Position numbers and translations under genes: made by a program. Positions 54,935-62,370 of a stretch of 62,370 nt of DNA are shown here, one piece after another. The notes below the pieces were generated by a model. The model worked only from the letters and a program-made list of their open reading frames with translations. It searched no databases and had not been told where the DNA came from. Within the stretch, counting starts at the first letter, position 1; each line of letters opens with the position of its first letter. The stretch comes from Deltaproteobacteria bacterium (lineage in GTDB: Bacteria; Desulfobacterota; Syntrophia; Syntrophales; JAFGIO01), in contig JAFGIO010000080.1 in the NCBI GenBank assembly GCA_016929555.1, forward strand, positions 1-62,370. Reading direction: 5' to 3'.

Positions 54935-56767
54935 TCATACTCCTTCCTTTAGTTGGGTTTCGAGTTTACTCCAGAGACGGACGATGGATTCGAACGCCGG
55001 CCCCTTCCCGTATTCAAATACCGTTTTGCCCGCCATGAGGGCCTCGTTCACATTACGGTCAAAGGGAATCTCACCAATGACTTTCGCTCCCATCTTCAGG
55101 GCAATCTCCTCAATCCGATGGGTCTGGTCCGCATTGAGATCGGATTTATTTACGACGATAAGCGATGGAATGCCGAAATGATCTGCAAGATCGAGCACGC
55201 GCTGCATGTCATGAACACCTGAGACCGTGGGTTCCGTAACGATAAGGACCAGATCCGCACCGGTGACGGAGGCGATGACGGGACATCCCGTCCCCGGAGG
55301 TCCGTCGCTGAGAATAAGCTCCTTGCCAATATTCTTGGCAAGCTCCGCGGCGACGTTTCGTACCTTGGTCACCAGGCGTCCGGAATTTTCCTCTGCAATG
55401 CCCAGACGGGCGTGAATCATCGGACCGTAGTCCGTGCCCGACACATACCATTTGCCTACGGTGTTCGGTCTGTCCGTCACTGCATCGAAGTCACAGACAT
55501 ACTCGCATACACCGCATCCCTCACAGGAAAATTCATCAATCCGGAAGGTTTCGACTCCCTGGTCGTTTATCGGGCCATCCGTGTGTACAGCCCCAAATCT
55601 ACAGTGGTCCGCACATTGACCGCAGGCAGTGCATTTATTCGGATCGATGGTCATCTTCAATCCCCCGACGAAATCTTGCGCTTCGCGAATGATGGGATTG
55701 AGGAGCAGATGAAGATCCGCGGCGTCCACATCGTTGTCAGCCAAAACCGTGTTATTGGCGAGCATGGCCAAGGAAGCTACCACTGTGGTTTTTCCCGATC
55801 CCCCTTTGCCGCTGATCACGGCGATTTCCTTGAAGACGGGTGATTCTCCGGGTGAGAACGGATCGAGCTTTCCCGTTTCTACGGAAAACGCCTCTTCAGC
55901 TGGCACATCGGGAGGGACAGTGCCGACCAAGGGTAGTATATCGGAAAAGATGTTCAGAAGGTTTTCCCGAAATTCGGGATAAAGATGCGTTAGTATAGTG
56001 CCGCTTGAATATGATTCGGCGTATTCTCGTTTGAACGGAATGCGTCCGGCGATGGGAACACCTACCCGTCCCGCATAATCCGTGATTAAATGATCGGTCC
56101 CATCCGAGCGGTTGATTACGATGCAGGTTGGTATCTTCTTTTTCAAGGTCATGTTGACGGCGAGTTTGAGATCGTTCAGACCGAATGGCGTCGGTTCCGT
56201 CACCAAGACAGCCACATCCGCGTTGTCTACAGTCTCGACGACGGGACAGGACGTTCCAGGTGATGCATCAATGATATTGATCGCTGCAGGATCGACGAGG
56301 GACTTCACCCTTCGAATGACGGCAGGGGCCATTGCTTCGCCGATGTTCAACGTTCCATGCGCAAAAAAGAAAGGTTGATTTCGTGAAGATATCTCAACAG
56401 TGCCGACAGGAGAGGGTTTATCGCTTAGCGCCCCTTCCGGGCAAACCAGGGAACAAAGCCCGCAGGCGTGACATAGCTCGTTGAAAATCAACACCTTTCC
56501 CTTTACCACGGCAATGGCGTTGTATCGGCATGCCTCCGCGCAATCGCCGCAACCGGTGCATAAGTCTTCGTTCCAGGCAGGCCTCAACACCTCCACGGTT
56601 TTTTGTTTATCGAACTTCGGTTGAACAAACAGATAGTCGTTGGGCTCTTCCACGTCACAGTCCAACAACCTGATGTTTTCGCCGCGATCGGCGAGGGCAT
56701 AGGCCAAGTTGACGCAAAACGTCGTCTTACCCGTTCCGCCCTTGCCGCTGGCAACCGCGATAATCAT
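54935..56767 (-). CDS. tandem fusion of two MinD/ParA-type P-loop ATPases, each with an inserted 2x[4Fe-4S] ferredoxin domain
   Basis: Two deviant Walker A motifs, ASGKGGTGKTT and ISGKGGSGKTT. Four CxxCxxCxxxC(P) motifs. I chose the ATG at 56767. Confidence 0.88.
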   Translation of the reverse strand: MIIAVASGKGGTGKTTFCVNLAYALADRGENIRLLDCDVEEPNDYLFVQPKFDKQKTVEVLRPAWNEDLCTGCGDCAEACRYNAIAVVKGKVLIFNELCHACGLCSLVCPEGALSDKPSPVGTVEISSRNQPFFFAHGTLNIGEAMAPAVIRRVKSLVDPAAINIIDASPGTSCPVVETVDNADVAVLVTEPTPFGLNDLKLAVNMTLKKKIPTCIVINRSDGTDHLITDYAGRVGVPIAGRIPFKREYAESYSSGTILTHLYPEFRENLLNIFSDILPLVGTVPPDVPAEEAFSVETGKLDPFSPGESPVFKEIAVISGKGGSGKTTVVASLAMLANNTVLADNDVDAADLHLLLNPIIREAQDFVGGLKMTIDPNKCTACGQCADHCRFGAVHTDGPINDQGVETFRIDEFSCEGCGVCEYVCDFDAVTDRPNTVGKWYVSGTDYGPMIHARLGIAEENSGRLVTKVRNVAAELAKNIGKELILSDGPPGTGCPVIASVTGADLVLIVTEPTVSGVHDMQRVLDLADHFGIPSLIVVNKSDLNADQTHRIEEIALKMGAKVIGEIPFDRNVNEALMAGKTVFEYGKGPAFESIVRLWSKLETQLKEGV

Positions 56768-56963
56768 TTGTCTCCGCAATCCTTTCTGTCGATATTCCAC
56801 AAAATCAACGAAAACTCCGTGCGGTCCAATTCACCCAGAGAAGGGGTTGATTTTTTCACCAAAACAACGAATTCTCCGCGGCAGCTGCGAGGATTGAATC
56901 CCTTTATCGCACACCGCGGTAGCTTCAGTGAGATTCGGTCATCGTGGGCGACCGTATGATGCA

Positions 56964-57001
56964 CCAGGACAAGCCGGCATACATCTGGAGGCTTGTCCTG
57001 G
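56964..57001 (-). other. perfect 12-bp intercistronic stem-loop
   Basis: CCAGGACAAGCC (56964-75) pairs with GGCTTGTCCTGG (56990-57001) around a 14-nt loop. No U-tract follows on the minus strand. It lies 39 nt beyond the stop of the DUF5320-like gene. Confidence 0.6.
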
Positions 57002-57040
57002 GCAATTTCTTATGTTGGAAGCAGCTTAAGGCTTCCTGCC

Positions 57041-57385
57041 TTAGGAATGTTCGGCTTCCAAATCTCCAATCCGTTTGTTGATTTCCGAAAGGGCAGCCTC
57101 GAAATACTTTGCCTGTTCCTGAAGCGCATCGATTTCCTGTTGTCGAGTCGGTGCGGCACCGTAAGGAACCGCGGACGGCATGCCGTATCCGTATGCGAAA
57201 TAAGGGATACCCCAGCGTCTACCGCGGCCTCCGCGGAAACCGAGGCCCATACCGCGGCCAAAGCCGAATCCCCGACCCGGAATCTGATTCGCGAATCCTG
57301 GCATGGGATATCCAGCGCAATACCCCGCGGCTCGTCCCGTCATGGGTCCCCATCCTGCGGGACCCGTTCCATCTCCACCTGGCAT
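57041..57385 (-). CDS. DUF5320-like protein B (conserved N-terminus, RG/FG repeat, C-terminal coiled coil)
   Basis: N-terminus MPGGDGTGPAGWGPMTGRAAGYCAGYPMPGF, repeat GRGFGFGRGMGLGFRGGRGRRWG, and coil QQEIDALQEQAKYFEAALSEINKRIGDLEAE. RBS GGAGGTG. Confidence 0.8.
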   Translation of the reverse strand: MPGGDGTGPAGWGPMTGRAAGYCAGYPMPGFANQIPGRGFGFGRGMGLGFRGGRGRRWGIPYFAYGYGMPSAVPYGAAPTRQQEIDALQEQAKYFEAALSEINKRIGDLEAEHS

Positions 57386-57437
57386 TTTACACCTCCGTTT
57401 TTCTAAATTTTATAGATTCAATGCGGCTCGATCTCTT

Positions 57438-57746
57438 TTACCAAAACCAGCGACCACGGCCGCGAGCGAAACCGAAGCCACGACCTCGACCGAAACCGCG
57501 ACCCCGGCCGAAGCCGAAACCGCGTCCAAACCCGGCACCAGAGCCCCATCCGAATCCAGGCACACCCCATGTCCTATAGGCGAAGGGCGGCGAGTAGGTC
57601 CGGTCAGGAATAAAACTGCCATATCCCTGCCATATCCCTGGGCCTTGATTCATGAAACCTGGCATCGGGTACCCTGCGCAGTAACCCGCGCTTCGTCCCG
57701 TCATGGGCTCCAGCCTAGCGGGACCCGTTCGATCACCACCTGGCAT
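57438..57746 (-). CDS. DUF5320-like protein A (conserved N-terminus, long RG/FG tail, no coiled coil)
   Basis: N-terminus MPGGDRTGPARLEPMTGRSAGYCAGYPMPGF, tail GFGRGFGFGRGRGFGRGRGFGFARGRGRWFW. RBS AAGGAGG. Confidence 0.8.
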   Translation of the reverse strand: MPGGDRTGPARLEPMTGRSAGYCAGYPMPGFMNQGPGIWQGYGSFIPDRTYSPPFAYRTWGVPGFGWGSGAGFGRGFGFGRGRGFGRGRGFGFARGRGRWFW

Positions 57747-57948
57747 AATAACCTCCTTAACTTTTTCGACCGTTTACTGATTGCGGGCTTGCGCCTCTAA
57801 AAAACAGCGCCAGCCCATCTCCAATTCGCCATTCAAGTTGGCGTCGATCCGTCGATCCTCCTGATCGGATAGCAATGAAGCCACTTGAAAACGATCAACA
57901 TCGTTTACGCAAGACTGCGGCTTGCGTTAAACCGTTTTGAATGAACTT

Positions 57949-57964
57949 GGCATTTTCCGTGCCA
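57949..57964 (-). promoter_or_regulatory. sigma-54 (-24/-12) promoter candidate upstream of the DUF5320 cluster
   Basis: The minus strand reads TGGCACG-GAAA-ATGCC, against the consensus TGGCACG-N4-TTGCW. It lies about 200 nt upstream of the ATG at 57746. The core is near-palindromic, so orientation is not fixed by sequence alone. Confidence 0.45.
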
Positions 57965-58215
57965 TATTTAAATTGCCGGAGATAAACGGAGATAATTACG
58001 TTATTTCAAGGAGGTGAATGTTTATCGGTGGGACATTCATCGGCCACGAAAGTGAAGAAGGTCGCATAAATGCGATTGTAAACGTACAAATGGTTTCTTA
58101 TGTGCAACTCTTTTGGTTTCGCTCATCGGTGTTCGTATAGGTTTCAACTTTTCAATATTTTCCACTTCAAAGGAGATTTCCCGCTACAAAGGGAGAAACG
58201 TCTTGATCGATCCCT

Positions 58216-60784
<2,569 letters not shown>

Positions 60785-60828
60785 TTATCAACAATCCCGA
60801 AAACAAAAGAATCTTGCGATCTTCCGTG

Positions 60829-61782
60829 TTACAGCAGTCTCTGTGATACGGTGTGCATGACGGGTTGCAACCCCGATACCAATTCATTCACAATATGCTG
60901 AACGCTCTTCAATTCGCGGATCATGCCTGCGATCTGACCGCTCATGACGGATCCGTCCACAACATCGCCTTCGACGGAGGCCTTGTAAGTCCGGCCGATG
61001 CCGATCATATCCAGGATCTGGTTCGGATCGGTTCCGGCACTCTCGGCTTCGAGGATTTCCTGGCTGAGCTTGTTTTTGATGACCCGGGTGAGATCGTTGA
61101 ACTTGCGGCCAGTGATCACCGTGTCGGTGTCTGAGGCGTTTAGGATAGCCTGCTTGAAGTTTTCGTGCAGCGGCGATTCCAGTGTGGCGGCGAAACGCGT
61201 CCCCATCTGGATGGCTTCTGCACCAAGCGCGAAGGCAGCGACCATTCCCCTGGAATCGGCGATTCCGCCGGCCGCAATAACGGGGATATCGACGGCGTCC
61301 ACGACCTGCGGAATCAGGGCCATGGTCGTGATCTCATCTCGGCCATTGTGCCCGCCCGCCTCGTAACCTTCCGCAACGACCATAGTATAGCCCAGATCCT
61401 GAACCTTCTGGGCCATCTTGACATTGGCGACCACATGGATGGAAACGACACCGGCTGACTGAAGGAGATTTGCCGCTTTGGCGGGGTTTCCCGCCGATGT
61501 GACGACGACCTTAACACCCTTCTCCAGGGCGGCGCTGAGCATCATTTCGTAATCGGGGCGGGCCAGGGGAAAGCTGATGCCGAAGGGTTTGTCTGTCTTC
61601 GCAAAAGCAGCATCGATTTCCTTGACAAGTGTGTCCTGATCCATCAGCCCAACACCGATCACGCCCAGTCCGCCCGCATTGGATACGGCGGCCGTCAATT
61701 CCGAGTTGGATACCCAGACCATACCACCCATGAGGATAGGGTATTTTATGTTGAGAATTTCACTGGCTCTCGTCTTGATCAT
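60829..61782 (-). CDS. NAD(P)H-dependent flavin oxidoreductase, nitronate monooxygenase / FabK-like family
   Basis: YPILMGGM.WVS...LAAAVSNAGGLG, with a TIM-barrel FMN-type C-terminal region. RBS AGGAGG. Confidence 0.87.
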   Translation of the reverse strand: MIKTRASEILNIKYPILMGGMVWVSNSELTAAVSNAGGLGVIGVGLMDQDTLVKEIDAAFAKTDKPFGISFPLARPDYEMMLSAALEKGVKVVVTSAGNPAKAANLLQSAGVVSIHVVANVKMAQKVQDLGYTMVVAEGYEAGGHNGRDEITTMALIPQVVDAVDIPVIAAGGIADSRGMVAAFALGAEAIQMGTRFAATLESPLHENFKQAILNASDTDTVITGRKFNDLTRVIKNKLSQEILEAESAGTDPNQILDMIGIGRTYKASVEGDVVDGSVMSGQIAGMIRELKSVQHIVNELVSGLQPVMHTVSQRLL

Positions 61783-62238
61783 CCATTCCTCCTTTGGCGT
61801 ATTTGTTCAGCGGCGGCCAAGCGGGGCTCCAGCCAGATGTTTTCCGCCGTCCAGTATCGAAGTTTCCCCAGGACGAGCTCTGCGTCTTTGATGAGGTATC
61901 GAGTAAAATTTCTTATAGCACAAAGGGCGATTTCGGGCAAACTGCAATACCCCTACTGTCTCTGGTTCGATGAAATGAATGGGCGGTGCATCTGGCAGCC
62001 GATGCCGGGATAGTTCATGTTGAAGAAAATTCCCTTTTGCGAACATCTGGGCCGTCGCCGATGTACTGGCTGCGGTAATCACGCCCTTGGACCCTGAATT
62101 GACCCGCCTATGTCCGGCCGGACGTGCACGATCCGTTTGTTTTCCGCCACCGCCTTCAGACCGCGCTTCTTGGGACGTAGGACACAACCTGTTCGATGCA
62201 CGGTACCCATAAACAAATCCTTATCGAAGATAACAGTG

Positions 62239-62370
62239 TCATTTTTTCGCCGCTTTTACGGCATATTTGAGCGCCTGCTGGTTGACCGGCGGGTCGACGG
62301 CGCCCGGCCTTTTCTCCAGGCTGATGGCATCCATGGGGCAGCCGGTGGCGCAGACGCCGCACCCGATGCA
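62239..62370 (-). CDS. 3' end of an Fe-S (4Fe-4S ferredoxin-domain) protein, truncated by the window edge
   Basis: The minus strand from 62370 reads CIGCGVCATGCPMDAISLEKRPG...KAAKK, with the stop at 62239-41. The 62156-62362 ORF in the track is in a different frame and looks spurious. Confidence 0.5.
   Translation of the reverse strand, partial: CIGCGVCATGCPMDAISLEKRPGAVDPPVNQQALKYAVKAAKK

Noticed and set aside
58018-58140. A 40-codon plus-strand ORF after AAGGAGGTGA, in the intergenic region upstream of the DUF5320 cluster.
   Set aside because: The SD-to-ATG spacing is only about 3 nt. The peptide (MFIGGTFIGHESEEGRINAIV...) has no recognisable features. It would run into the convergent acyP gene with no terminator.
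62156-62362. A 68-aa minus-strand ORF at the right edge of the window.
   Set aside because: A different minus-strand frame over the same bases reads a clean 4Fe-4S motif (CIGCGVCATGCP) and terminates at 62239. The listed ORF is Arg/Pro-rich and looks like an off-frame artefact.

Overview
This 62.4 kb window looks like chromosome from an anaerobic, GC-moderate bacterium. The gene content resembles Deltaproteobacteria or Syntrophales, but that is my inference only. I found no rRNA, tRNA, CRISPR array or transposase.

Gene layout, left to right:
- 0.4-8.6 kb: a Liv-type ABC uptake operon carrying two embedded acyl-CoA ligase genes.
- 8.9-11.9 kb: xerD and a large TPR protein.
- 11.9-19.7 kb: the conserved kdsA-kdsC-lptCAB-rpoN-hpf-ptsN-hprK-rapZ block.
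- 19.8-36.4 kb: housekeeping genes, including an M23 peptidase, coaBC, UDG, NfeD/stomatin, fadD, hemW, lepA, adk, an aminotransferase and an OYE/FadH-like reductase. A REP-like palindromic repeat family is scattered through the intergenic gaps.
- 36.4-40.1 kb: a visibly AT-richer islet with Mrr, an SPPY-motif DNA methyltransferase and a CPBP protease.
- 40-50.7 kb: accessory Fe-S and CoA-metabolism genes, including AbfD, an ADC-family protein and a crotonase.
- 50.7-57.7 kb: a long minus-strand cluster, followed by acyP, ligA and a FabK-like gene.

Two items stand out:
1. The minus-strand cluster at 53.1-57.7 kb. It encodes two DUF5320-like proteins, a tandem-fused MinD/ferredoxin ATPase, a NifX-like protein, a His-motif membrane protein and a ferredoxin. 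Four of these six proteins carry Arg/Gly repeat tails. A sigma-54-type promoter lies upstream and an FmdE-molybdopterin-binding fusion lies downstream.
2. The crotonase gene has a single in-frame TGA, followed 14 nt later by a perfect 9-bp hairpin with a GGT loop. This is either a pseudogene or a selenocysteine recoding candidate.

Every family assignment comes from reading motifs in the supplied translations. No database search was run.
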